NCBI GenBank assembly: GCA_051362555.1
Contig: CM120646.1
Location: 62,001-126,000, forward strand
Length of the DNA: 64,000 bases
Reading direction: 5' to 3'
DNA from: Lingula anatina
Lineage: Eukaryota > Animalia > Brachiopoda
Each line of letters begins with the position of its first letter. Position 1 is the stretch's first letter. The position numbers and the translations under genes were made by a program. The notes under the pieces are model-generated. The model made no database searches and was not told the DNA's origin. It saw only the letters and a list, made by a program, of their open reading frames with translations. This document shows positions 26,042-38,656 of the stretch, one piece after another.

Positions 26042-29000
26042 TGATCGAAATAGATTAAGTATTTTAAATGATGAGTTTATTTATTAATCTCTGTGGCAGC
26101 TTGTGAAACAAAAACACGTGCTCTGCGTAAGACAAATTCACATCTTGAGAATAGTAACAGCTGACAAATAGCTAAGTACTGTGGAGTCTGACGGGAAGGA
26201 ACAATTCACCTAGTCATAAGCATCGCTCACACTACTTAAAGGACAATGTTCATGTAAAAATCCATTTCTCGAATTTTGAAGATACAGCACTCAATCTATA
26301 CACTAGAGGTATGTTTTAATCGATCCCCGCCATTTAAAAATTATAAAAACAATCTATTAGTAGAAAAAAAGCGTTTTAGTAAACCTCACCTCAATATGCA
26401 AAAATGAAGCAACAGATCTGGGTCACGTGGTACTGTGACAACAATCACGATAAAGGTCTTTGAGACTCAACTGAGCTGCGTGGTGCATACAGACGGAGAA
26501 GTTAAGGAAAGTTGTGTTGAACGGAGTTGAGGAATTTTCGTTATGCCTCGGTGTGTTGCCGTGGGATTCACCAAAATTGCAGCTCTCGTTGACAATCTTT
26601 CTTTGTCTGTGACGGTCTTCCGTGACTTACTTACTAACTTCGGTGACAATAGTTGCGATGCTCTAGATCATGGTCACCTCAGGTGGTTTAGATCATATCA
26701 AGAGCTGGTAGTCTTTTTTTAGATTAACTGTCATCAGTTGGCAAACTTACTGATTGCTGATGCATTTTAAATGCATTGTAGTTGACCAAAAGCTCGTTTA
26801 CAACAAACCTGTTAATTATGCACCGCTGCAATTCCCAAGCCAGGTAATAACAGGTATGAAACTCGTCTTGGTGGGCTTTCATATTTTTCAATATATCTCA
26901 TTTATTTCATGGGGTTATTTTATTGGTATTTGTAAATGACGTTAAATATCAATACTTAAACAATTAAGTTCAAACACGGTCGCGAACATTAATAAAAGAA
27001 ATTGCTCTCAGGGTATCTTGAAGCTTTCGTGGAAGAAAACGTGTTGAGGAAAAACAGGAAAAAGAGCGTTATATTAAAGAAAAAATGGGAACTTCTATAA
27101 TAAAATGGTTCCTTATCCTAATTCGTTTATGCTTTGAGGATTTGTTTCTGAAGATTATTTCATCTGAAATATTAAATAATTTAAAAGATTGATTATTTTA
27201 TAACTTGAAACGCAAATTCTGCGTCAGACGCAATTTTTTTTTTTTTGCAAATTTGTAAGCTTATAACACCGTGCTATAAAGATCTACTCAAGAAAAAAAA
27301 TTTGCTTGGGTAAAATTGAGTACGGAATGAACTGGAGACACTTGGCTTGTCATTAAGTTTACACGAAAATATGTCAGGTAACTTTATACTGTCTTTGAAA
27401 GAGTAAAGATTGAAAGATAATTTTAGACAAACTTTGACGGGGGAAATACCTACAAAGAGTAATGGGCTATTTCGCCAACATCTTGTTGAAAATTTTACAC
27501 TGCAATTCTATTCAAATAAGCTAAGGAACTAATTGCCAAATTAATACTCTCATCACATATAACAGGGGGGTAACCAGACCTGCAAAAATTGTACGCACAT
27601 ATTTAAAAAGATTACAAGCACATACAGCAAAATGTAGACTTACGCAAAACATGAAGGACAGCGTAATCACAGCAAATGTACCTCATATAGTAGCTTAAAT
27701 TCCATTAATAATAAAATCATCATTTAAGTCAAAAATATTCTTGCGATTTAATAACTATTTTAATTTACCCAGAACGGTATATTTATTTTAAAGGCGGTTA
27801 ACTGAAATAAGTTTTATGATTTGTTTGTGAAAATTGCCCATGTCACCCTTTTAGTTTGGAGGTCTAAGCTGGATCAAGTCCGTGTTAAAATTCCTATGAA
27901 GCAGGAAAAATTCTTCCTTTCTTTCTCTAGCTCCTCAATAAACCTGGTGTTCAGATTTTATCTAGTACCCCCAGGTCTACGGGAGCTGCGCTTTGTAACT
28001 AACGCACAGGTAGATTTTTACCTGAGATAACTGGAGTAAAGCTTAGATAGAGAGTGCGTTCGATACAAGCAAGACAAATTGAATGCCATTTAACCCTCTA
28101 ATTAAGAGGTAAGGGAAGTTCCAGTTAGATGGATGATTAAGATAGGACTTGTAAAGGTAACGGGCATTGTTTACCTCAGTTTAATAAAAGTATGCAAGAC
28201 GGAGTGTCAGCGGTTTAATAAAATAAATTGAATTTCACAAATAGCATGGACCTCATATGCAATAATCAACATTTCCCTTAACTCATTCAAATACAGTGTT
28301 TTATACAACTTGGGATAACCATAATGAAATGCTTGTTAAAGAAATGACTAGACGGGAAATGGTTTTACACAGCTTCACGAGGATTTAGACCCCTCGGGTA
28401 AGAGATTTGAATGAGTATAAACTTTTATCAGAAGCCAGAGAAGTCATCTTACAGGTAGACAATGCAGCTCAGTTTGACAGCTAAGCACGCTCTGTTCTCC
28501 AGTGGCTCGATTGTCGTCATTGGACCACGTGACCACGTAGCTCATTAACTCCCAGGCCGAGCAAATAGGACGTTTTTTAAAGCCAAAAATTTACAAAATG
28601 AGCTTTTAATATGTGTATTTGGATAAAGATATCGTTAGTTGGGCATGTTTTCTGAAGAATATGTTCCGTTCAGGCCATTCTGACGGCATGAAGCAAACCC
28701 TTTAAATCATTTCAGGTCAATACTGCACTGTGAACTAAACATAGAGGAACCGTATATTTTATTTCGACGGGGTACTGCTTACATGCAGGGGGAGGGGGGG
28801 GGGTTGTTTGGCCAAGCAACGTGCAGTGTTTTATTTCAGTTCCCGGGTCGGCCATTAAATGCCTGTCTTAATTTCAACTTCTTTGTGTTAATTTCGCTCT
28901 AAAAAGATTGAATTGCGTCAACTCTTTTCAATTGCTATAGATGTTTTAAAAGCGTAATGCACCCTTTCATCCATAATTTCAATAAAACACTGGATAATAA

Positions 29001-30490
29001 CTTGGTGCTCCGCATTTTTTGCGTAGCATGCAAAGTCTGGCGGCGAGATATCGAATTTTTATTCCATAAAAGCAATATGTCATTTAAGGCCAGTGTTTGA
29101 GATCAATAGTTTTTTTATGGATCTCAATTCATTTAGGGCGTCTTTGTGTAGACCCTCTCATCCAGACTGTTTATTTATGCGTGTTGATCGTTGTATGCCC
29201 ATTACATGTAATTTGTTCTTGATTCATCCGTCCATCCACATGTGCATTTATTTATATTAAATTTTCTTTTGTTCAATTATTTATTTGGTTTGTTTATTTA
29301 TTTTCTTATGTTATCATTATTTATTCTACATCTGTATACATGATTAACTTACAGAAATAATTTAAGTGTTTATGAAATAAAATATCCATTTATAGATCCC
29401 TTAACCCCTTAATTTACATATCATTGTAATACATTCATTTATTAATTTCTCTACATTTTTGATAGGTAGTATTATTAATACCTAATTTCTTCAGTACCAG
29501 TACAAGGAGTGTGGTGTGGCACACTGGTTTTATGTTGTGACAGGTTCTTTTTCTGTCTTCTCTCCCAGATTGACTTGGAGCTGGAGAGTACGTACTCCCA
29601 GTGCAGTGGCGCCCCCTGTGCAGTGGCTGGCACGTGCCGTGGTGACTGTGTCAACAATGAGGCAGTTTGTATTGGTAAGTGTGGGACATGTACAGAATTG
29701 AGAGCACTTCTTATATATTATTAGAGACAATACGTTGGCTATTGCGTGGTGTTTATGGTAGTAAAGTATGTAGAAAATCAATGTGTTCCATACAGGAGCC
29801 CAAATGCAAGATATATGGTATACTTTTCGATGAACCAAGCGACAGAAAAAAAATAGCAACTAGCTCACGTCCCGACCTCTCTACCGTACAGACGGCTGCG
29901 ATAAGTGAAGATGATAGCACATACATACATACATACATATAAGGGAGCCGGTGGCAGTGGAATATAACAACCTTCTTAGATTTGTTGTTTGGTCCAAGTA
30001 GTGATCGGCAATGACAAGGTGTGTGTGTAAACTCAGTTTGTGTGTGTGCCCGCTTATGTTTATCGTGCGTGTATGTGTGCGTGCGTGAGTGGCTGCGTGT
30101 GTTTAGATAGCAAGTATGCTGTAAAACTGGCATACTTTCGTTAAGAGAAAATGTCAAGTTTCGTCTACCAAAACTGATACATCACTGTGGCCATTATACT
30201 TAAGGTTCTCACTTCTGTCAGACACATTGTCATTGATGTACCATGACTGAGGAACCATGACTGATGTACCATGACTGAGGTACCATGACTGAGGTACGCT
30301 GTAACGAAGCTAATTATGAAAGGTAGCTCTTTTCTCCGATAGGTGACGGCTTCGACTGTGACGAGGTTCCCCTATTCAACGTGTACCAATGGTCGTCCAC
30401 CACAGTTTGGGGCACAAACTCCGGCCAGCTGTTCGTAAGTGGCAAATCTATATTAGTTTTTTTCATGCACCCATGCGTCTCTCTCTCTCG

Positions 30491-30527
<37 letters not shown>

Positions 30528-33500
30528 TATTTTTTAATTTTATTTTTCATGGTGTGTTTAATCCGAGCGTGAGGACAGACCTGTGGCGAACAGGGCTACC
30601 ATCATTTTTGACAGAAAATAAGAAGTAAGAAAAAAAACGTGTTATTGATTGAATAAATAAAACAAAAAATAAAATAAATGGTCCAAACATCCAACTCCTA
30701 ATACAAGACACATATCCCGGTGAAACCTGAATGAGAGTCAAGCATGATGGACAGTCCGCTTCCCATCCATTTTATATACCAAGAAGAGTGACACCAGTGG
30801 TTTGTATCTATTCCAGACTATTTCTTATACCAAGAAGAGTGACACCAATGGTTTATATCTATTCCAGACTATTTCTTATAACAAGAAGAGTGACACCAGT
30901 GGTTTGTATCTATTCCAGACTATTTCTTATACCAAGAAGAGTGACACCAATGGTTTATATCTATTCCAGACTATTTCTTATACCAAGAAGAGTGACACCA
31001 GTGGTTTGTATCTATTCCAGACTATTTCTTATACCAAGAAGAGTGACACCAGTGGTTTGTATCTATTCCAGACTATTTCTTATACCAAGAAGAGTGACAC
31101 CAGTGGTTTGTATCTATTCCAGACTATTTCTTATACCAAGAAGAGTGACACCAGTGGTTTGTATCTATTCCAGACTATTTCTTATACCAAGAAGAGTGAC
31201 ACCAGTGGTTTGTATCTACAGTGGGTGGGCACTTTGAGGACAGGAAACAATTGCGGCGGCTGCGCTGCACAGTACTACTTCACCATTGACAACGCTGAAT
31301 GCTCCGACCCTGACGCCATCAATTGGTCTGAATACCACCCTAACGCAAGGGACCATCACAAAATAGCCGACTGTAAGCATACTGAGTCTCGTCTATCCCT
31401 TACACTGAACTCTGTACTTGTCCGACTAAACATACTGACTCCTTTCTATCCCTTACACTGAACTCTGTATTTGTCCGACTGGAAACATACTGACTCCCCT
31501 CTATCCCTTACACTGAACTCTGTATTTGTCCGACTGTAAACATACTGAATCCCTCTATCCCTTACACTGAACTGTTTATTTATCCAAATGTCAACATACT
31601 GAATCCCTGTATCCCTTACACTGAACTGTATTTGTCCGACTGTAAACATACTGAATCCCTCTATCCCTTACACTGAACTCTGTATTTATCCTACTGTAAA
31701 CATACTGAATCCCTGTATCCCTTACACTGAACTGTATTTGTCCGACTGTAAACATACTGAATCCCTCTATCCCTTACACTGAACTGTATTTGTCCGACTG
31801 TAAATATACTGAATCCCCTCTATCCCTTACACTGGACTCTATTTGTCCGACTATAAACATATTGTATCCCCTCTATCCCTTACACTGAACTCTGTATTTG
31901 TCCTACTGTAAACATATTGTATCCCCTCTATCCCTTACACTGAACTCTGTATTTGTCCTACTGTAAACATATTGTATCCCCTCTATCCCTTACACTGGAC
32001 TCTGTATTTGTCCTACTGTAAACATATTGTATCCCCTCTATCCCTTACACTGGACTCTGTATTTGTCCTACTGTAAACATATTGTATCCCTCTATCCCTT
32101 ACACTGAACTCTGTATTTGTCAGCCTGTAAACAAACTGAATTTGGGATTACCTTGCTCCCATTTGTCATGCTTCAATGCATGCCCCAATTTACATACCAG
32201 AACAGCCGAGTGCTTGTTAACATCTCAACGTGTGCTAAAAAGGAGTCGGAGATGATAGACTTATGGAACAAATCCACGCGGTTAAATAAAAGAGTTCTCC
32301 GTTCAAATACTGCATAAAAATAGTACACTTCCTTTTGAACTACTAGAAGACTTTGTTTGTCCGTTGGTGCTTGGATATACCTTTTTATGTCCACGTTTGG
32401 TGTAATGTAAGAAAGTCTTATGACTTCCTCAACTACTAAACAGTACGCGATATGCACTGAAGAATATTTCCAACATTTATTTTGGAACTGAAAGTTCTCA
32501 CATATTATTCATGATATGTCAACGATATTTCACCTAATGTCACAAGATGATATGACCTCTGTTAATCTAATGTCTTCCGTACTGATCACGTGGCATTCAG
32601 GATGGTGGTCCAGAGACACATATTAATTCGTAGTTAAAGCCACTGTGCACGTGTGCTCCAAAGGCCTACTTTATCCATTGTCGCAGGGAAAGTGCGATCT
32701 ATAAACCCACTTACGATTTTAAAGTTTCTAAAGTAAGCCATCAGAGTGAAATCCACCTGTCTTCATCTCCGTTTTGAAAGTGACTGGAAAAATGAAACTT
32801 AACTATTGTCATTTATATCTAGTCTTTGGCATATGCAATGGCATTGGAGCGGGGTCTAGGACCATAGGCCTCCACGTCCGCCACCTAAGTGGGACTACCA
32901 ATAACTACGCAGGATGGAATGCCAGATCTCGGATCATCATCGCAGAGACAGAAGGCATCCCTGGAACAGGTTTGTACCTCCTCAAACTGAAGAGTTTTGG
33001 GTTTTTAGGAAATTTACCAAATACAGGATGTCACTTAGTTTACCACTCTGTCTACGATGTATGACAACCATATATGTAGTACAAGTAACATTTGCGGACG
33101 CTACTGAAAATACACAAACCTATAATATGAGAAATAATAATCATTTGAAGTATAGGATGGCATACACCATGCAAATTGTGGAATAAAAAATTTAGGTTTA
33201 AGATCAGTACAAGAGCCAAGACCATGTGGATAAAGCGTACTCGTACACTGTCATATATTTGTGTTTTTCTTCCAGCAACCTGTGAATCCTTGACTTCGTT
33301 CAACATTCAGCAGTTTACAACTGACTACTACGCCTCAACAAGAGACGAGAACGCCCACTGGGTAAATGGATGTTGTATCAAATATTGAAATCACAGACAG
33401 AGCAGTACTACTTGTTAATTCAACCTTTTCTTCCTTACCGAGTGAATTTGTGGTCAGGTTATCTTCCTCGTGTGTTCAGAAAAAGTTGCACATGCAAATA

Positions 33501-34970
33501 GGGTGTATTTGTAGAAATCGCAAAACCTACTCCAATGAAGTTTTATTTTTCACAAGCTGTACATAGAGACTCACTTCTTCACTACCAGGTCATGATCAGT
33601 GTTTCCTTGCGAAGGTCTTTTTTGAAACTTTAGTTTAAGAAAAAAAAAGCATTTTCGTCGAAGCAGAGTTTCAACCCTGACTTAACGCCACTGGCCATTG
33701 CTCTAAAACAGCCTCCATTTTCTTTCAGACAAACACGTATGTTAAACGCGCCAGTGACACTTCTCTGCGCCTGCGCATTGCCGTCAATCTCTATGAACAT
33801 GGCGACAGCTATTGTTCTCGGTGGTACTTCAAGTTCAATGGGGTGGAGTGTTCTGATCCTGGACCTCTGGAATTCGTGTGGTATGTCCGTGGTGACAGTG
33901 GGAGGAACGCCCACAGGGGATACAGCTGTAAGTAGGACACCCCTAATTACACCTTTTCTTGAAAGTTTAAAATGATAACAACTGTTCATTTTGGCCAAAA
34001 AATGAATTTTCCTGGGGTAAATAACGATTTTCCTTTACTTGCCAATGGTTAATGAATCCATTTCTACATTCAAAGTTAGTCCCTGTTTATAATTGGTAAA
34101 TAGTTTGTTTTAGAGTATAGGCATATATGGAGGTCACGTGGTCCGATTACAAGCAAAGATTTCAGAATAATAGCTTTAACTGTCGTTTTTGTGGTAAAAT
34201 AGAATATATTATATTGCTATGAGTTATTTACGATGTATTTATTTTGAATTATTGATCTCATACGAAGAGTTGTAATCCTCTTAAGTTCGGACAATTAAAA
34301 ATACAAAGAAAATCGCCTTTTTGAACAATGTATTGGCTTCTTTTTCATTCACGCCTTTGAAGTCATATTGAGAATAACGCAATGATTTCAGTATGATTTA
34401 CCCTTTTCTCGATTTGTTTAATTTTCTTTTAAAATGGCTTTAAATACAATTTTTTTACAATAAACACATATTATACTACATGTATAAACGCAAATGATTT
34501 GTGTTCCTTTCGGCAAACATGTAGCTGAGACATCTGCATTCAATGTATAGCTGGATTCAAACTATATTTACCAATCACTGAAACGGAAGATGTGTAACAA
34601 GATCTTAGATGTTGCAGGAGACAAGTACACATTCACATTTTTGGTTTCTATAGCACTACAAGAAAAGATGGCTGCCTAAATAAGGTGTTTCATTTCACTA
34701 CAGTTAATGGGATCTGCCATGGGGTTCCAGCCGGCACGGTCGTAGTGACATTCCATATAGGGATCTGTACAGGCTATAGCAGGAACAGTCCACATACTGG
34801 CTGGAACATGATCACCCACCTGTTGGTAGAGGAAACCAGGCTGGGGCAGGATATCAGTGCAGGTTAATGGAATACGTATAGTACCAGTAGTAATAGTAGT
34901 ACATTATCACCTACCTGTTGGTAGAAGAGACCAGGCTGGGGCAGGATATCAGTGCAGGTTAGTGGAATAC

Positions 34971-35045
<75 letters not shown>

Positions 35046-35148
35046 CATGATCACCTACCTGTTGGTAGAAGCAAGGAGTTATCTGTTATAACTCCTTGGT
35101 AGAAGAGACCAGGCTGGGGCAGGATATCAGTGCAGGTTAGTGGAATAC

Positions 35149-35190
<42 letters not shown>

Positions 35191-36771
35191 CATGATCACC
35201 TACCTGTTGGTAGAAGCAAGGAGTTATCTGTTATAACTCCTTGGTAGAAGAGACCAGGCTGGGGCAGGATATCAGTGCAGGTTAGTGGAATACGTAGTAG
35301 TAGTAATAGTAGTACATGATCACCTACCTGTTGGTAGAAGAGACCAGGCTGGGGCAGGATATCAGTGCAGGTTAGTGGAATACGTAGTAGTAGTAGTAGT
35401 AGTAGTAGTAGTGTTGGTGTTAGTAGTAGGCCTACCGGTAGTATAACAGTGGCGGATTTAGGGGGGGGGGGGGTGTCAGGTGTGCCCTGACCCCCTCCCC
35501 CTTAGAGAGGGAATGATATCAGCAGTTAGAAGTAGCACAAGCTGCAGGATTACGCCAACCATCAATTCAATGCACTCCACGAAACTCATGCTTTGTGTGA
35601 TTTTTTTTCCAGTTTTGACAGCGCAGGGTACTATAGCCCGCCTGCCAGTCTACAACCGTGTACAGTCCTACTGGGATTCGCTGAACAACGGCAACGACGT
35701 GGACTCCAACATCGCGGTAAGGTACAGGGCATGCTGGGATATGTAAAGGTACAGGTCATTCTGGGATATGTAAGGTACAGGGCACGCTGGGATATGTAAG
35801 GTACAGGACATGCTTTCTACACTCATCTATTCATGATGTGATTGAGTTTTTTACGCCCAATTTTCATTTCTTGATTCTAGTCGGTGACGTACACCAAGAA
35901 GTCATCGTTGAGTTCTGTCAACGTGGTTTGGACTACCAACATGTTTCAGCTAAATAACGCCAAATGTGCGCGGTGGTACATTACGTTCAATGGGGCCGAG
36001 TGCGCGGACCCAGGCAATATTGAGAGTGTTTTATACGAGAGAGACATCACGCACGCCACCAACGCAGATTGGCACCAACCCGGCATGGGTAAGATCAGTT
36101 GATTTTATACGGCATTCAACTCCATTATTCTACACTTACAAATATTATGATATACTACGATATGTACTGTACTTTCCTCTCGAGACGCCAGTTGGCTGGA
36201 CATGAAGAAGTCGACAAAGTCTGCTTTGGGTGCTTTGAACGAACACTTACTTGGTATAAACAATGTGATTATTTCTGCTATAAATATTTTGAACTAAATA
36301 ATATAATAGTTATGGTGAACATGGGGTTATATTTAGTACAGTATATAGATGAGATTTTAAATTTTTAATCTGAAGTTTATATTTTTTCGACACTAGCAGC
36401 TTTGTCAGTTTCCACAAAGCTACCTGTGTCTAAGTGAGGCATATATTTTCCAAGGAAAAACAGGAAAGCTTCACACAAGTTCCAACAATGCACTAGCGGA
36501 TCGTCTGACACATCTTATTGTTTCAGGCCTATATAATTTACGAGTCATAACAACACTAGGAACAAATGGCAGGGTACCATATGATCAACCGTTACATTTG
36601 CTCTATTTTTCTTGTCTTCTAGTGGAAGGGATATGTCACGGTCTGGCTGCCGGGACGTACACCGTGACCCTGGCAGTAACCAACTGTAATGGCTATAGCG
36701 GTGGAAACGCCTACACCGGCTGGGCATCCGGGACCTTCGCCATGATAGAGGAAGTCTTCATGGGCATCTAA
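24501..36771 (+). CDS. Secreted protein: signal peptide + PAN/apple + EGF-like + 3x CTHRC1 C-terminal-like domain (~603 aa)
   Basis: Exons 24501-24863, 29569-29674, 30343-30434, 31174-31372, 32823-32969, 33276-33361, 33729-33927, 34704-34862, 35613-35716, 35881-36088, 36623-36771; 1812 nt, in frame, all GT-AG. PAN-like ECILACTRNFRCRSSYFNTVDKTCYM. Three repeats of Y.K....S.L..C..WY..FNG.EC.DP / G.C.G..AG...GW....I.EE, matching the CTHRC1 C-terminal pattern (CQRWYFTFNGAEC, EGLCEGIGAG, TGWNSVSRIIIEE). Confidence 0.85.
26240..28701. mobile_element. Non-autonomous TTAA-specific DNA transposon, Kolobok-like (copy 2, in intron 1 of the PAN-CTHRC1-domain gene)
   Basis: TTAA at 26236-26239 and 28702-28705. 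Same termini and orientation as 14319-16783, with only scattered SNPs and small indels. Confidence 0.85.
30775..31218 (+). repeat. 51-bp tandem array spanning a splice acceptor (8 acceptors)
   Basis: ttccAG ends at 30816, 30867, 30918, 30969, 31020, 31071, 31122, 31173, each followed by the first 45 nt of the exon. Confidence 0.95.
31367..32140 (+). repeat. ~52-55-bp tandem array starting at an exon donor (~15 copies)
   Basis: Unit ccgact|gtaaRcatactgaatccctctatcccttacactgaactctgtatttgt. The first unit contains the real donor at 31373. Confidence 0.9.
34806..35412 (+). repeat. Exon-end + donor duplications (5 copies) interleaved with (GTA)n microsatellite
   Basis: ...gatatcagtgcag|gttaRt with the GT at 34863, 34958, 35136, 35281, 35371. 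Confidence 0.9.
35717..35814 (+). repeat. 26-27-bp repeat starting exactly at a donor (about 3.7 copies)
   Basis: Unit gtaaggtacagggcatgctgggatat. Confidence 0.85.
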
Positions 36772-38656
36772 GCAGCATGATACAATTCTTGGTATCCCCC
36801 CCCCCCCAAAAAAAAAAAAAAAATTGTAAAATTTTATTTTAATCCTTGTAGTTGGCTCACTTAGGACTCTTCACTTCAGTCGGACAATGTCATAATTAAA
36901 AACCAAATCGTGTAAGAAGTAAGCCCACAATGCTTTCCAGACGGCAAGACCAAGGTTATAAAGACGGCAGTTTTTCGGGAACCTCGTTTGATATCATCGA
37001 CTTTGTCAGTTGTTGATTACCCAAAAAATTATGAAAAAAGATGTTAACAATATTATTGCAGCCACTGAATTCAATTAAACGGCATAAGTCCACATAAAGA
37101 TACCTGTACATACTTTATGACATACAGACCTTGAAAGGGCCAACACCTGCTACGCATTGCAATTAAAATGGTATCAAAGTTGAACATATATTTCAGGATT
37201 GTACGTGGAAGTTTCTGTACCAATACTTCCGATACTGATATTTTCTTCAGTCATTTAAGTAAGCTGTTCACCAGATGAGTTTATCGGGGTAGAATACAAA
37301 ATGATGCATACATATTTTTCTCGCTTTCTGAACCGAGTACTTGCCAATCTTATTTACTGGGGATTTAAATTTTACATTTTCAGCTTTCCATTGTTGTGGC
37401 AGGAAGTGATTGTGAAAATAGATAACATTGGCCACATTCTTCAATATATCTTTCTTTTTTCTCTGAAGATGACCAGAATAAACTAGTGTGCTGTGAACAT
37501 AAGACACGAGTTGGCTGTTTAAAAATCCTACATTTTAACAAATTACCAAACCAGATTAGCGTAGGGACCAATTAAGAAGAAATGATAAAAGCCCCGAGGG
37601 CAGTTTTTTTTTTTTTAGATAATTTCATTGTTGACCAGTAGATCGATTTGTGAAGTTCATAACAAAATTCATTAAGTTCTGGGAGAACTGATAATACATT
37701 GTTATAATGAAAGTTGGCCTCCAAATGAATTTTTTTAAATTGCGCTCTAATTATACCCACCCTTACATAATACAGTAGTTTATGGTGTGGCTGAAACGGG
37801 GGAAGGCAGGGTGGAACTAGTAATGGTCTAAATCGTTTGGCTGGTGCTCCGCTGGCAAACTGAGCTTTTGCCGCCGGTTTCCTTACTGTGAGCACCTGAT
37901 CTAGTGTGAACATAGTAACTCCAGTTCTCTGGTCAAAAACTACAGGCTTTGAAGTTAAAACATCGCTTTCGTCGGATTACGCGACAGCAGTATGAATGGA
38001 AGTAGGCAATCGATGTGCTGAAGCTATTCCGTTGGGACACAAAATGCAATTCTGTCGCAACCGACTTCTATACATCTCAACTACCGCAATAACCCTCTGA
38101 CTATCTCCCGTCTTCACGTTACACTACACGGCAAATGCGGCTCAATAAAAAAAATTAGATCCGTGGCTAAACAAAATAAATTTCAAATTAAATCTTTCAT
38201 TATTATGGTAAAATATGTCTTAGTGAACATCAATTTGTATCAAATCCGGCAGAAACCACTTACTGGGACTGCAACAGCGCGTTTCTAATTCATATTTATA
38301 AAATTTACAAATTGTTTAAATTCACAGCAGCCTTAGGAACAAAACTATTTTCAATAAAGTCATTTAAACCTCATTCTGTCAGCCCTCTTTACTACAGGGA
38401 AGAACAAACATTATCTGACATCACAAAATCTTTTGTTTAATGAGCAGAGACATAAAGAGGCTTGTTATCAAAGACAGAGAACAACAGCTATCCATCACAC
38501 GACACCCACTGAGATAACACAGTTTGTGAACCATATTAAAACCAGCTATATTCATATTCTAGCTTTGCCAGTGTATTTCCCTCTTTCCCTTCATAAAAAC
38601 TGGTAATCTTCATGAGGGAAGAAAACGTCAATGGCACTCCAACTGATGTAATTCTG

